A DNA stretch of 63,767 bases, filler included, from Folioceros fuciformis (GCA_049999805.1; 5 parts of 4 records of this genome joined end to end with filler, not necessarily neighbours in it), one strand, 5' to 3'. Positions 48,713 through 63,138 are shown, numbered from the whole stretch's first letter. Made by a program: numbers and translations. Notes: generated by a model not told the origin, from the letters alone.

Positions 48713-50643
48713 TCTGCAAATGGTGTAAAAAAAAAGTATTTGCATGCTAGGGTGATTGAATGGATATGTACGCGTACGGACATGGAGAGGAAAAATGGAT
48801 GAAGGAAGCACAGATGCATATGACGAAAACATGGAGAGGAAAAATCAATGCACCCTACCCCTTCTAGGACTTTGGCTCTCCCTCCAGCTATTGCTTCTAG
48901 ATCGCCTTGCTATTTACAGTACTTTGCCCTGTGTACATCTAGCTTGCAGCTTGTTCAGGCTATTTGTTGTGTACCGTAAACAAATTAGAGTTTAGGCGCC
49001 ATACTTAAGTCTACAGCCCGACTCTCTTCAAGTCCAAACCAAGCTGCCCACTTCATTCTCATCAAAGATGTTGCATTCGGCTGTGCTCCTGCTTGCATCT
49101 TGAAATGGGCTACACCTTCCTTCGTGGCTAATTTCAACATCTCACTTGTAGCGTGGCAAGCTCATTCTCTATGTGGCCCATTTAAGCTATAAGTAGAGTT
49201 GACGCAAGCAGCTACCTACAATCCACAACGTGTTGAAAGGGGCCCTGTGGACAATCTAAACTTCTACCCCACCAAGCCCAAAACTCCCGGGGGGGGGTGC
49301 CAATAGATTGTTTTCGAGCTGATCATGACTGTGAGCTCGTTTTCAGCCGGGCCTGACCTTGCGCAACCTGAAGTCTGGCCTCCCAATTGGGTAAGGCCTT
49401 GTCCAGGTCAAGTCTGCTGCAACAGTTGCTCGCAGGGTAGTTGCTGGGAGGCTTCGTGATCGCGTATAGTAGCCAAGGATGCATCGAGAGCGAGCAATTC
49501 TTTAGCCTGGGCTTGGGCCTGGTTGCACCCTAAAGCATATGCCGTGTAGATCCTCTTCGCAACCTCAGAAAATAATGATGAATGCTTTTGAATGAGTTTG
49601 CAGTCTCGTTGTCGAAGTCATGAACTGGAAAACAGGAAGGCTAGGCCATTTTTACTCAAATATGTGCCTACCTCTTGCTAATGCAATGTCCCCCTCGGTG
49701 CAAGGTCCGGTTCGCTTCCTTTGGCAAAGGAGAAATCGAGAACCTGGGAATGGGGGCAGATATATTTCTAAATACCCAGTAGATACCTAGGAGAAAACAA
49801 TATAATATTAAAAGTGAGAGAAAGGTCACTTCGGCTTGCCATACATTTGTCACTCCTGTTGTCGTACTTTACTAGTGATGCTAGGCCCGTGTGAAGGCAG
49901 GGAGAAGATGCATAGATAGCCCATACGACGGAGGACATCGAAGAGAGGCTCCAAGGGGTGCTGAAATAATGAGCAACTACGCTCCAGCCACCATTGTCGC
50001 AAGAAGTAAATGGCGTACATGATACTGAGGTGACAGATATCCGTCACCTCCTACGGCCACCAATATTATAATGCATAATTGATTGATTGGTCCCGGTTGT
50101 TCAGGCTCACAATCCATAACCTAGTCGGCTACTTTCGTCTGCATCCACCAACCGTGAAGTCACACAGGGAACAAGAGTCCGGAGACGCATAGGTAACGAA
50201 TTTTATAATCGATCGTTGATTGGCGCTCTGTCACGTGACGGGCAACTAGTGTTAGTTTGTCTCAGTTGTCTCCGACCCACTGTCCCTCTTCACCATGAAG
50301 AGAAATCGCCAAAACTGTGAAAATGTTTCAACAGTTACAGAACAACATTGGGATTAAGAGATATTGTCGGTCACGTCTGCACAGTGGAACTGCACTGTCG
50401 TCAGCCCATTCCGAGCTTCGCCTTACAGCTCATGGAGCTGCAATTGTAACAAACAAAATGGCACATATTCTACCTGAGAATCCTCACCTGTTTGAGATGG
50501 GAAGCGAGACCACAGGTCACGCTAAAGAAGCTTTTACGACAAAACACGCAGAGCCGGGAGATCAGCAGTTCAGAGGACCTGGGCCCTCGAGCTCTGTGCC
50601 CCGCAGCATCTGCTGGCAGCTACCTCTAGAGAACTTGCCCCCG

Positions 50644-51689
50644 TCACTCCTTCAGCTTAGCGATAATATCTGCTGCAAGTTCATCCATGTTCGTATCCTT
50701 CATCTTCCTGAACGGTCGAGGCATATCCTGTATTTAAAACACATCAAAACATAATCATCAACATTCGCCATAAACACCCACCACACATGGTATTTTCAAC
50801 TGGAATTTCTCAAGGGTTTACCAGGAGGGATATAAACGTCTGCCCGCCCTCTTCACGTATCTCAAAACATCCCCTCCTTGGCTGGCGAAATCCATAGCAC
50901 ACATATCAGTCAACCGAATCAATCATACATATATAATCGTACATCGATCATCGCCTTGAGGACCAGAGTACGTTAGCCACCAGCAGATCCGAATGCACAT
51001 CTCGCAAACAAGGAAGAGGGTGAACCTTGTCAGGGTTGATGGAAATCTTAATATTTGGATAGGCCTCCTTCAAAGCCTCCTCTATTTTCAAAGCTCTGGT
51101 TTTGAAGGAGTTGCATTGCTTGCTACACAAGAACAGTTAACAGGCCCTAATTAGAGCCCAGAGCAGCAGAAGCAAGAACGAGGGGAAGCACAATATCAAT
51201 AACAAAATGGGAAGAAACAGCCAAAATGCAGCTGGTATAGAAATCAAACCAATGCTCAATGATGATGTGCTTGGGTACTGATGTCGTCTTGGCATCTTCT
51301 TCCTCAGCCAGGGGGCTTTCGGGAGGGGAAGAGGGTGGTGACGCCTCTCCGTCGGCACTCTCAGGCTCAGACCCAGGAGAAGATGGCGGAGAAGGCGTCT
51401 CCTCCTTCTTGGCAGCCTTCTTCTTGGGGGCAGCCTTTGCCTTCGGGGCAGCCTTCGCCGGTGCCTTAGCTTTAGCCGGCTTCGCTGCAGGCTTCTTCTT
51501 GAGCGGGGACTTCGGCGGAGGTTGTGCCTTAACAACCTTCGTTGTAGGCTGAGATGCAACAACCTTGGCTGCAGCCTTGACAGTCGAAGCCCTGACCGGA
51601 GCTGTCCTCTTCACCTTTTTGGACGACACTTCCGTGTCTTCTGCAGGCGGAGGAATCTTGGCGGGTGCGGCTTTACGCTTGGGAGCCAT
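50644..51689 (-). CDS. Selenoprotein H-like (SelT/SelW/SelH Rdx family) protein, Cys form, 226 aa. Exons 51689-51250, 51122-51026, 50881-50822, 50727-50644
   Basis: Spliced frame (681 nt) reads MAPKRK...HIIIEHCKQCNSFKTRA...INPDKPRRGCFEIREEGGQTFISLLDMPRPF. All introns are GT-AG. Confidence 0.9.
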
Positions 51690-53156
51690 TATCGTGGCTC
51701 CCTCTCTCCGGTCACCCGCAACCGTAAAGGTGCAGGAGAAACCTAGGCAAGAGCTGCACACGGAACCACTCCGCTTTCTGCAGGCAACAAAGTGATGAAC
51801 CGCGAATTACACGACGTCAAAAGACGACGCGCCAGATGACCACACAACAGTGCCCGGTGAACTTGCACCACAAGACACATCAGTCGCAGCTGGGGCAAAA
51901 AAACTTAAACAGCCTTCCTTACCATGGACTCCAAAGCCAAAAAAACGCGAGGAGCTAGCTAGCAACCAGAACAGAATACAAAGTAACCTGAGCTTCGAAT
52001 AGCACGAAGAAAGAGAAGCATGCAAGCTGAAGTATCAAGCTCAGAACAGGAGAAGATCGTCCGAGAACCAGCTGAAAAAGTGCTTTTCGACACGACAACT
52101 GCAGCCAGTAGCAGGGACGACCAATGTCCATAACTCATCAGGTCACCGGTCCGTGAAGCAAAGCCATTCGACAACAAACCCTTGCCGCTTCCCGGAATGA
52201 AAGAAACAGGAACGGGCAATCAGGCACTCCACATCTCCACTACCACACTCACACCCCCTCACAAGCGACAATACATCAAGTGGCACTACTCACCAGATAG
52301 CGATGCTCTAGACGCGTAAAGCACTGGCGGCAAGCAAGGGCGGCGCTCGATGCGCTTCCGAGCGACCGGCTGCTCGAGAAGAATCAAACATCCACGAGAG
52401 AGGACGTCCCAAGTTTGGCGAGGCACCCCAGGATGGCGGAGCCGCGGGCAGCTTTCCCGCTCCCACTGCACCTTCCTCGGTTCGAACTTGCCCTTTACCA
52501 TGGATATCTCTAGGTACGGCTATGGTCCCGAGACATCAAGTTTTCAAAACCGTTCATAATTTTGCTTCTCGCCAACACGCGCAAGGTTAGGTTCCCCTTC
52601 GCAAGGCCCCTCTAGTGTTTGTTGGAAGCCCATCACCCTTCCTCGGTGGATATGGTGTTAGGCCCGATGGTGGGTTCCTCCGGGGGGGACCTGTCGTTGA
52701 AGGCCCGCTTTGGGGTTCCTGTTGAAGAACAACGAGTGCAACAAAAATATAAATGCATTTCTGTTAGAAAACTTCAACATCAATTGAAATGCATGTCTAT
52801 GACGAGCTGATTGAGTGTAGACCTGCCCGAAAAAGAAGCTCACAAACGCCATAGTGAGCAGCTGTAGTTTCTCTCTGGTGGATTAGGTCTTCTTTAATTT
52901 TTCTTGCCTACTGACAGCCAATATTAGTAAGCTTAAAGCAATTGTGGTAAGCTCAATTGCACATCATGACCACAAAGTGCTTTAGGTTTAGGCCCAGGAG
53001 ATAGAGCTTATCGGCTACCTTAATGTGCTTCAACTTCAAGTCCTATAATGGACTTCACGGTGTACCCAAATGGAGGCACCTTGTCTAAGTCTTGGCCTGC
53101 TAGAGTTATAGGCTCCTTGACTAAGCTCATGGCCTACCTGCCTACATGTTAGGGTT

Positions 53157-53346
53157 GCACATAAGCTTAGTTGTCTATGTTGGGTCTTGTAGAGAAGCTT
53201 AGTGGGCAGCACATAAGCTTAGTTGTCTATGTTGGGTCTTGCAGAGAAGCTTAGTGGGCAGCACATAAGCTTAGTTGTCTATGTTGGGTNNNNNNNNNNT
53301 AAGCTTAGTTGTCTATGTTGGGTCTTGTAGAGAAGCTTAGTGGGCA
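53157..53346. repeat. 52-bp minisatellite with an internal 10-N gap
   Basis: ATAAGCTTAGTTGTCTATGTTGGGT at 53161, 53213 and 53265, and again after the gap. Confidence 0.9.
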
Positions 53347-55100
53347 ATGAAGGGTTGTGCACTATGGATAGGAAAATGAGGAAGGAGAAGTAGAAGGAGT
53401 TATGTAGCTACATTGACCTACCAAGTAACCATGTGGAACATGAGCAAGTGATAATGAGTTGGGATGTAGGAAGTGATGATGAGTCAAGGCATAGGAAGTG
53501 AGCCATATTATGGGCAATGGAGCATGTAGGGTTGCTAATGCAATAAGAAAGATGCTGGACAATATAATAAGAAAGATCATGGAGAAAGTTTAGAGGAAGA
53601 TACATTTTGAATGAAAAAGCTTGTAGACAAGGATTAAAAAATATCAAAATAAACCCTAAGAAAAGGAAAATTTATGGGCTCCTTGAAACCGAGCGATGCA
53701 CACAAGTGCATCCACCAAGGCCTCTACACCCTTTAGGCATGTACTTAGGCTTTCTGCAAGGAAAGCAATTTGTGTAGGCGTAGAGAGCCCTCCTCGTGGA
53801 CTCATCCATTTTGAGGCCTTCTTATGCCCACCCACATTCCGCTCATCTTCACATAAGGGAGTACAATCTTGGCCATGCATTTAGGGTTTTGGAATCATAA
53901 TGGCATCTTTTGTGATCGCGATGAGATTTTGCTTAAATATGGCCTATATCCCATTAGTTCACATGCAACTACGCATGATATTCATTTCTCTAATTCACAC
54001 CTAGCATGTTGTCCTATCAATGGGTTAGCATGTTGTTCTATTAATGGGTAGGGTAGGGTAGCACACTTCCGTACATTGACGCCATTGGAAATGTCATGGT
54101 CTTGATGATCAATAGAGAATATGGGTTTTTTTATTTTCTATTATTGAAAAAGAGATGGAAAGTCCCATCTACTCCAAAGATTTAGGGTTTAGGGTTTTTT
54201 CTTTCATAGGGAACAATCGTACTTTTTACATAATAGTGTTTAGGGTTAATTATGTTTGTTTTGCCGGAGGAAGTAGGTTTGCTTGGTGGGTGTGGTTATC
54301 ACGAACCCCACTAGGGACCCTATTTGTGGACCCTAAACCCTTTGAGCTGGGTGATAGAGGTATTGACAATTATGGTTTACAAGTGCGCCCCTCTATACGA
54401 TGATCATGTTTATCCTCCTTGCTCTAAGCCACAAATCCATGTACAAAACCCTTAACCCTAAACTGGACTTACAAAGGCTTGCGCAAAGGCTTATCACAAT
54501 CATAAGAATAGGACTCTCTTTCTTTTGGTGGTGGTCATTCTTTCTCCAACGCATTTTCATCACTCTACAAAGAGCCATAGTGAATGTGGTTAACAAGTCA
54601 GCTACTCGTGTAGATTTGATAACGTTCTAGGTTTGTTTGCCCTTCGTTATATTCAACCATGATGTGTTAGGGAGTGTAGGTACTTATGAGGTTGGTATTC
54701 ATAAGAACTAGTCCTCCTTTTTCTTTCGTCCCTCTAGGTCTCTTCCTCCTCTTTTTTGAGATAGATGGGATCTTTTCTCTGTAAAAAACCATACAAAAAT
54801 TTACTTTGGTTTTTTTTATCTCTTTAAAATAACATATAGAAAATTACTTTGGTATCCTTTTAAAATCTTAATCTTCACCTCTTATGGCCTAAAAAATCAT
54901 TTACTATACATAAGAATATTCTTCAAGATTGGCAAAGCTACGCAAGGAGTGTTAACAATATCATAAGCTCCATAGTATTTGACATGAACATATACGTAGT
55001 TTCTTACTGGGCTTATATTATGTAATCTATTACAATAAAAAACTATTATGAGCGTTAAAGTACGAGACATCATACCTCCATCCAGCACCAAACAAGAGTG

Positions 55101-55200
55101 NNNNNNNNNNNNNNNNNNNNNNNNNNNNNNNNNNNNNNNNNNNNTTAATTAATTAANNNNNNNNNNNNNNNNNNNNNNNNNNNNNNNNNNNNNNNNNNNN
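55101..55200. other. Artificial scaffold spacer
   Basis: 44 N + TTAATTAATTAA + 44 N. Confidence 0.97.
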
Positions 55201-56655
55201 TTGGTTCTAAGTGGGTGTACAAGCTGAAGTTCAAGTCAGATGGAACGCTGGAGCGTTACAAGGCCAGGTTGGTTGCAAAGGGATATGCACAACAGTATGG
55301 TCTTGATTATGAGGAAACCTTTAGTCCAGTAGCCAAGATGACAACTGTAAGGACAGTCATAGCATTAGCAGCAGCTAAAGGATGGAAGTTATGGCAAATG
55401 GATGTCAAGAATGCCTTCTTGAATGGTGAGTTGCAGGAGGAAGTGTATGTGGAACAGCCTGAAGGCTATGTTCATCCTAAGTTTCCAACATACGTCTGCA
55501 AACTGAAGAAGGCATTGTATGGACTCAAACAGGCACCTAGAGCATGGAATGCTCGTATCACAAGCTATTTGAAGGAGCGAGGGTTTGTGATTGGAGACGC
55601 AGATCACAGTCTGTTTGTAAAACAGACCAAGGTAGGACAAGTGTGTCTTGTCGTTTATGTTGACGACCTGATCATCACAAGAGATGAATGCAGATGGTAT
55701 TGCAGATGTCAAGGCAAATCTGCAAAAAGAGTTCAAGGTGAAGGATCTTGGTGAACTCATATACTTCTTAGGAATTGAGGTTGTGTCTACACTTCAAGGA
55801 ATCTGGCTATTCCAAAAACAATATGCTAAGGATATGTTGCAGAAGTATGGCATGGCAGATTGCAAAGCGATGGATACACCATTGGAGCAGAACATCAAGC
55901 TGCAAATGGATGTAGGAGCTGAGCTGGAAAATGTGACTATGTATTGACAGATGGTCGGAAGTTTGATCTACTTGACTATCACACGTCCTAACTTAAGTTA
56001 TGCTGTGGGACTGATTAGTCAATTCATGCAGAACCCAAGGAAACCGCACTTAGATGCAGCTAGAAGAATCATGAGATATGTGAAAGGAACTACTGAGTTT
56101 GGATTGCTCTATGAGCATAGGAAGCATCTTGAACTGACAGGATATACAGATGCTGATTGGGCTGGTTGTGCGTATGACAGAAGATCAACCAGTGGATATG
56201 CATTCAGTCTGGGAAGTATTATGATCAGCTGGCAAAGCAAGAAACAACCGACAGTTGCTTTGTCAAGCACATAAGCAGAGTATCGAGGACCTGCAATGGC
56301 AGCCTGTGAAGCAGCTTGGTTGCAGAAGTTGCTACATGATCTTGGAAATATAGTGAACAGCAAGATTACAATCTACTGTGACAACATGAGTAGCATGAGG
56401 TTGGCTACTAATCCTGTGTTTCATGCTCATTCGAAGCACATAGAAGTACATTATCATTTCATCAGGGAAGCGGTATTCTATGAGAAGATAGATCTTCGGC
56501 ACGTGAAGACCGAAGACCAGGTAGCAGATATCTTTACTAAGTCGCTAGGTAGAGATAAGTTCTTACACTTTCATGAACTACTTTGAGTGTTACAAATAGT
56601 CTGAGCTTGAAGGGGAGTGTTAGAAATCAAACTCTAACTGAATTGTTATTAAGAG
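55201..56655 (+). mobile_element. Copia RT-RNase H (decayed), PPT and start of 3' LTR
   Basis: RYKARLVAKG, QMDVKNAFLNG, VYVDD, DADWAG, ADIFTK. PPT AAGGGGAG is followed by TGTTAGAAATC at 56618. Confidence 0.92.
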
Positions 56656-56755
56656 NNNNNNNNNNNNNNNNNNNNNNNNNNNNNNNNNNNNNNNNNNNNN
56701 NNNNNNNNNNNNNNNNNNNNNNNNNNNNNNNNNNNNNNNNNNNNNNNNNNNNNNN

Positions 56756-57152
56756 TTTGTCAAGCACAGAAGCAGAGTATCGAGGAGCTGCAATGGCAGC
56801 CTGTGAAGCAACTTGGTTGCAGAAGTTGCTACATGATCTTAGAAATATAGTGAACAGCACGATTACAATCTACTGTGACAACATGAGTAGCATGAGGTTG
56901 GCTACTAATCCTGTGTTTCATGCTCATTCGAAGCACATAGAAGTACATTATCATTTCATCAGGGAAGCGGTATTATCTGAGAAGATAGATCTTCGGCACG
57001 TGAAGACCGAAGACCAGGTAGCATATATCTTTACTAAGTCGCTAGGTAGAGATAAGTTCTTACACTTTCGTGAACTACTCGGAGTGTTACAAATAGTCTG
57101 AGCTTGAGGGGGAGTGTTAGAAATCAAGCTCTAACTGAATTATTATTAAGAG
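56756..57152 (+). mobile_element. Second, slightly different copy of the same RNase H-PPT-LTR start after a 100-N gap
   Basis: Aligns to 56259-56655 with roughly a dozen substitutions. LTR start at 57115. Confidence 0.85.
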
Positions 57153-57765
57153 TATACAAGAGTTAAGACGGAAGCCTAGAATCCATATTTGTAGGTTGTG
57201 GGAACATTTGTTCACCTCGACATGCGGTGCTAAGGGTGCAGATATGTGGGCAAGCTCTTTTGTTGACGGTTTCTATCTCGATGCCAGCAGCCCCAATTGA
57301 ACATAACGTAGTGAAAGAAGGATTCTTGTCAAATAAGGTATAGTGGTAGGACACTAGGTCTAAGAGGGTAATGTATGTCTTGTGCTCAAGACTCCTTGTG
57401 GAGCTGCGCTCTTTTAGTCAATTGCCTCCCTCATGTGCTCCACTCCGAATAGTTGGTCTCATGAAGCAATGCGCATATACATCAACACTTTAAAGGTGGC
57501 TATCTAGATTGACTATTCCTCCACCTCTTTGGGTTTATACTTATACGAAGATGCAAACTCAGCATGGCCTCGGGATGTAGGGCAACTTTTCACATCTCTA
57601 AACATACACCTTCAGCTTTTAGTAGGCTCTCTCGAGATTGACAAATGGTTGAAGGAGACTAGAGTAGAATCAAGAGTGCACGGTCCCATTGTGTCATTCG
57701 TGGAGTATGGAAAATCCAAATACATAGTAATTAGCATTTTAAGTAGCCAGCCTTATTTAATTAGG

Positions 57766-60700
57766 TGTGAAACGACGGGATATGAAATGCTCCGGCGTTT
57801 CATAGAGTCGTAACCTAACTAACCGTTGTTCACGACAACGTGAACCGACACACCCACTTCTTGCCTTAAGGCCGATCTTGGCCGCGCATAATTTAATTCT
57901 TTCTTTTCTGCAATCTTGTTCTCTCGATCTTAGACTGTAATTCTCCATGGTATCAGAGCATGGATTTGCCAATGTCCCCACCTAAGCATTGCGCAATCTA
58001 CAGGAGTGTAGACTGCATTAAAAGATTGTTGCACGAGCACTTCCACATGGTAATCTCTGCAATGCGATTAGCATTGGTTAGGATTGGAGACATGGCTGAC
58101 AAGATTCTCGCAAATACTGTCTTTCACTACTATTCATAGATAAGCGGGATGCCGACAGGACGTGGAAAAGGGAAAATACCTGTAGACCGTTTGCCTGCAA
58201 TGTACGTGATTCTTTAATACGTGTCCCAGGCTTGCATCAAGAAGGTACATTGACCAGTTTTTGAAACCTGTCCAAGTAGATCCCTTAGCGAGTCTAAGAA
58301 AGCAAATACGCAAGGAAATTTCTTACTCACTAGCAATTAGCGCATAGAGAGCGAGTGAAACTTCCTGCTGCAAAACTTGCACAAGCACGTATCCTCTCAA
58401 TCCTGATCCATTCCTTCGGGACATTTACAACCTTGTAAGGTCCGAGTCAGAAAGACATAGACAGCAGGTTTGTGACCTGACTGATAGGGTCATCAATTCC
58501 TAGAGGCATATTGTGACCCTCACACGTCAAATAAAGCTGCTTTCCAAGCTCTCTGCACCCCACAAACGTGCAAAGCAACTTGACCAGACTTGTCCAAACC
58601 TAGAGATGAATTAGGCACAGCCACTAAGTTTTGAGTCATGGGAACGAGAATCCTTGTCTCGTGCATCCCATGATCAGGCATCCCTCTAAACCTGGCGCAT
58701 GTCCCATAGTAACCGTCGTAGGGGTACCAGAAACCCAAGAGGCAGGCATAGAGGTCGTGGTATTGGAAGGGGTGTAAACCCCGACCTGAATCCATTTCCC
58801 ATTGATCCACTAGGTCTAAATCAGGAGGCTGCATCCTCCCAGTCAAATACAAGCTTGCATGCTGTATCAATAGCACAGCTAGCTCGGGAATAAGTTGTTG
58901 CACAATCAAGAGCAGCACTCGCACACCAAGCTATAGGAAACATGGCACAACCACCACCTCAGACTGTCACCAACAATACAACCACGGTCAACAACGTGAA
59001 GATAAACTTTAAAGAAAAAGACAGATTTAATGGGACGCAATTTGACATCTGGGCTTTACGGGTACAAACCATTCTAAGAGAGCATGATCTCTGGGGCATT
59101 GTGATGGGCACAGTGCCCAAGCCTTCGCCAGGAGCAGTCCAAGCTAATGTTGATGCTTGGGCAAAGATGGATCTTCGAGCATTGGGCATCATTCAATCAG
59201 CCCTGGACGGGTCTATGATGCATCATACTCAAGATGCCGACACAACCAAGGATGTATGGGACTCCTTGAATCAAATTTACAGAGTGTCAAACGGGTCCTC
59301 CATGGTGAGTGCTACTCGTGCAATCTACAACTGCAAGATGAAGGAGCACGAGTCAGTGGAACAGCACATTATAAAGTTCCGGATGCTGAGGTCGAAGCTT
59401 ACCTCTAGTGAGACTGCAACAACCGAGATGCAGGCTGCAGTAGCCCTCCTTCTCTCCCTACCGGGTGTTTGTAAGCAATCACTGTACACACATGAGAAAC
59501 GTGGCCCAGGCCACACCTGCAGGACAAACACCTGCAGTATCTCTTTCAGACCTGATCGGAGCCCTCCTGGAGGAAGAATCCACGAGGATTGCTAGCAGAG
59601 GTGGTACCTCCGCCAGAGGAGAGTCCTCAAACAGAGTCCTCTACACTAACATAGGTTCCAAGAGGCAGCCACCACGTCAGGGTTCCCAGTATCAGAATGC
59701 TGGAGGGAGTGGGAGCTTCAAACGCCATCCTTCAGCAGCTGCTACCAAGAAAAAGGGCCCATGCAACTGGTGCCTCATTCCAGGACACTGGGAGGCAGAG
59801 TGCAGGAAAAAAAAGGTAGGGGAGCCCTGCCGTACAGCCCCACCTGAAGCCAACATCACTTCCAGGAAGTCTAGCATAGACCTAACAGTCTACATGGTCT
59901 CTACACCACATTACAAGCATGTGTGGTACCTTGACTCAGGTGCGTCGTCGCACATTTGCCACACTCTATCTACATTCTCTGAGTATAGATAAGTCCCAAG
60001 GGGTCAAGTTGTCGTGCTTGGTGACGATCGAGGCCTGCCATTTGTAGGAGTCGGTAAGGTCCCTGTCCTTTCGACAAGTGGAAGGGTTGAAACCCTGCTC
60101 GAAGTCCTGCACGTACTAGCCCTTGTCAAAAACCTAGTGTCAGTCTACTTACTAGACACGCAGCACAACCTGAGCACTATGTTCACTAACGGGCAATGTC
60201 ATGTAGTTGACCAGCTAAACAAAGGTGAAATAGATGCAATAGGGACTCTTGTGCATAACCTGTCCAAACTGGACATCCAGTATGAGCTTGGCAGACCAGT
60301 GGCAAACCTGACATGGGCACAACAAGAAGAGCCTGTCGCCAAGTTGTGGCATTGCCGGCTGGGTCACACAAACTTTGACAAGCTAAACACAATGGTTAAA
60401 AGTAGCACACTTTACCGAGAGAAGTTCTTGATGAAGCATGCTGAGAAGACCTTCTGCGAGGCATGTGTGTTCGGCAAACACCACCGTGCTCCCTACAAAG
60501 ACAGCAACCCTACTCGGGCTACCAAGCTCCTGGAGCTGGTACATACAGACCTATGTGGACCCATGTCCACAACCTCCCTTGGCAGAGCTAGATACTTTCT
60601 GTCTTTTATAGACGATTGGAGCCGATACACTGTGGTGTACCCTCTCAAGTAGAAGAGCCAAACCCTGGAATGCTTCATGGAATTTGTGACGTTTGCACAA

Positions 60701-60844
60701 AGGCAAACAGGTGAACTGTTGAAAACCTTGAGGAGCGATAACAGGGGCGAATATACCTCAGATGCCTTTGCCAGCTTCTGCAAGGGACAGGGCATAACCA
60801 GGCAGCTAACCACCCCGTACACATCTGCACAGAACCCCATAGCA
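57766..60844 (+). mobile_element. Ty1/Copia element, 5' part (short LTR, long leader, gag-PR-INT pseudogene from 58942)
   Basis: LTR ends CCA at 57947 (start TGTGAAAC at 57766 tentative). PBS TGGTATCAGAGC at 57948-57959. Motifs FKEKDRFNG, CNWCLIPGHWEAEC, WYLDSGASSH, HTDLCGP, SDNRGEY. Confidence 0.9.
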
Positions 60845-60944
60845 NNNNNNNNNNNNNNNNNNNNNNNNNNNNNNNNNNNNNNNNNNNNTTAATTAATTAA
60901 NNNNNNNNNNNNNNNNNNNNNNNNNNNNNNNNNNNNNNNNNNNN
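60845..60944. other. Artificial scaffold spacer
   Basis: 44 N + TTAATTAATTAA + 44 N. Confidence 0.97.
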
Positions 60945-63138
60945 CTGAAGACATAGCCAAGTGGGAGGAAGCAGACCAGCAGGCAAAGTCCTTGTTGCAC
61001 TTTAGCGTCAAGAGTACGCATATNNNNNNNNNNNNNNNNNNNNNNNNNNNNNNNNNNNNNNNNNNNNNNNNNNNNNNNNNNNNNNNNNNNNNNNNNNNNN
61101 NNNNNNNNNNNNNNNNNNNNNNNCTGGGGAAACTGCAGCTGACTGGTGGATGCAGGTTAAGCTAGTTTATGATTCCAAAGATCTGATGCTGCAGACTCTA
61201 GTCCTCAAGAAATTCTTAGGACTCAAGATGATAGAGACCGACAGTGTTGATAAGCACATTCTGGAGTTCCAAAACTGGAGAGGAAAAATGGTTTTGGCAG
61301 GCTTTAACCTGGAGGAAGAACTTTTGGCGGTCATTCTCTTAACCACACTCCCCGAAACCTGGTAAGGGGTTGTACAAGGTCTGCAAGACGTTCAAACAGT
61401 CACAATTAACCGGGTAATAGCAGCCATGCTTACTGAAGAGTCTAGGAGGAAGATGGCAAGTACCTCATTATATCCTTCAAGTGACAAAGCACTATATGCT
61501 AACAAACCTTTCAGGGGACGCGGACGAGGTCGTCCCTTTGCGAGAGGAGTCCGTGGTGGTCGTGGTGGCTGTGGTGGCACCAGGACCCAACAATTTGGAG
61601 GCAGTTCAAGGCCAAGGCCTCCATGTGGTCATTGCGGAATGGCAAACCATACATGGGAAACCTGCCGTAAAAGGTTAGCTGGAGAAGGTGGTCAGTCATC
61701 AAGCCACCTGGCTATTACTATGCACAAGTACAGCCGTGCATTTGTCACACATATCAAGAAGGAGCAGCAGGAGGACTCATCTGAGTCATTGACACGTACC
61801 TTTTGCAATGTTGTCACCTGCTTTGCAAATCAGCCATCACACACGTGGTACATAGACAGTGGGGCCTCAGAGCACATGACCCCTCAGAAAGCTTACTTTA
61901 CTGCACTGGATGGAAGCACCCCTACAGAATTCGTGTGCTTAGGAGACGACACGACACATCAGATTATGGGTCTAGGGACAATTCAACTTGACCTGGAGCC
62001 GGATCAACATCTCGAGATCCCCAATGTTCTTTATGTTCCAGGTTTGACCAAAAATCTGGTTTCAGTCCGGAAAATAGATGAGTCGAGCTGATATGCATGC
62101 TTTGGAGGCGGAAGATATGTTGTTGAAACAGCCGATGGTACACTCCTTGCAACTAGGCACCTGCAAAGTGATGGCCTCTATCACTTAGACATCAAGAAGG
62201 AGCAGGAGCAGGCAAACTCAGCCTCTAGGCATGCCCGCTATGCAAGGCCTTCACTGACTTACCTGCGGCACCTACGTCTAGGCCACATGAACTTCCAGAA
62301 GTTGGTAAAAATGTACAAGGAGAAGATGGTAGATGGTGTGATCTTGGATCACTTGGACGACTTTGGAGCATGCGAGGCATGCATTCTTGGGAAGCACAAA
62401 CGTGCTCCATTCCCTGCTGACACAGCCACACAAGCCACTGAAGTGTTAGGACTTGTGCACAGTGACCTCTATGGCCCATTGCCTAAGTCAGTTAGCGGTA
62501 GAGAGTATTTTCTTACCTTCATAGAGGACTTCACCAAATTTTGCGTTGTCTATCTCCTAAAGCACAAGTCAGAGATGTTTGGATGCTTTCAGGAATACAG
62601 GGCATAGGCAAAGAGGCAGACTGGCCATGGGCTGAAGAACCTTCGTTCAGACAATGGCGGAGAATATCTATCTGCAGAATTCACAGCTTACTGCACCACA
62701 CATGGCATAGGTTGTCAGTTAACAAATGCACGCACCCCCCAACAAAATAGGGTCGCGGAGAATAAGAACCAGGCCCTGGAGACCTCTAGTTCAAGCATGC
62801 TACAATATGCTAAGTTGCCCAAATGTTACTCGGCCGAAGCCATCTCCTATGCAGTGTACATTTAGAATCGAATACCACATCGATCTGTTAGAGGGAAGAC
62901 CCCTTACGAGCTGTGGATTGGGAGGAAGTCTATCCTATCTCACCTTCAAGTGTTCGGCTCCACAGTATATGCCCAAGTTCACAAGAACCTTCGTAGGAAG
63001 TTCGATCCCAAGTCGTCATCACATATCTTCGTTGGATTTACTGAAGGCATTAAGGGATACAAAATTTTGAACAAAAGAACTTTGCAAGTCACTCACTCGC
63101 GTGACGTCATATTTGTTGAGGGTGTGGAGTCTGCTTAG
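60945..63138 (+). pseudogene. Copia gag-protease-integrase fragment
   Basis: CGHCGMANHTWETC, WYIDSGASEH, CEACILGK, HSDLYGP, SDNGGEY, RRKFDPKS, FVGFTEGIKGYK. Several stops. Confidence 0.88.

Noticed and set aside
50317-50646. Selenocysteine read-through or SECIS for the SelH-like gene
   Set aside because: The redox motif is encoded as TGC...TGC (CxxC), and the only in-frame TGA is at the normal C-terminus.
54178-54250. TTTAGGG telomere-like units (also CCCTAAA at the window end)
   Set aside because: Only 1-2 adjacent units, which is too short for a telomere or an interstitial array.
56259-57152. Tandem RNase H-LTR duplication as a real structure
   Set aside because: The copies are separated by a 100-N gap. 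Probably two family members or haplotypes joined by scaffolding.
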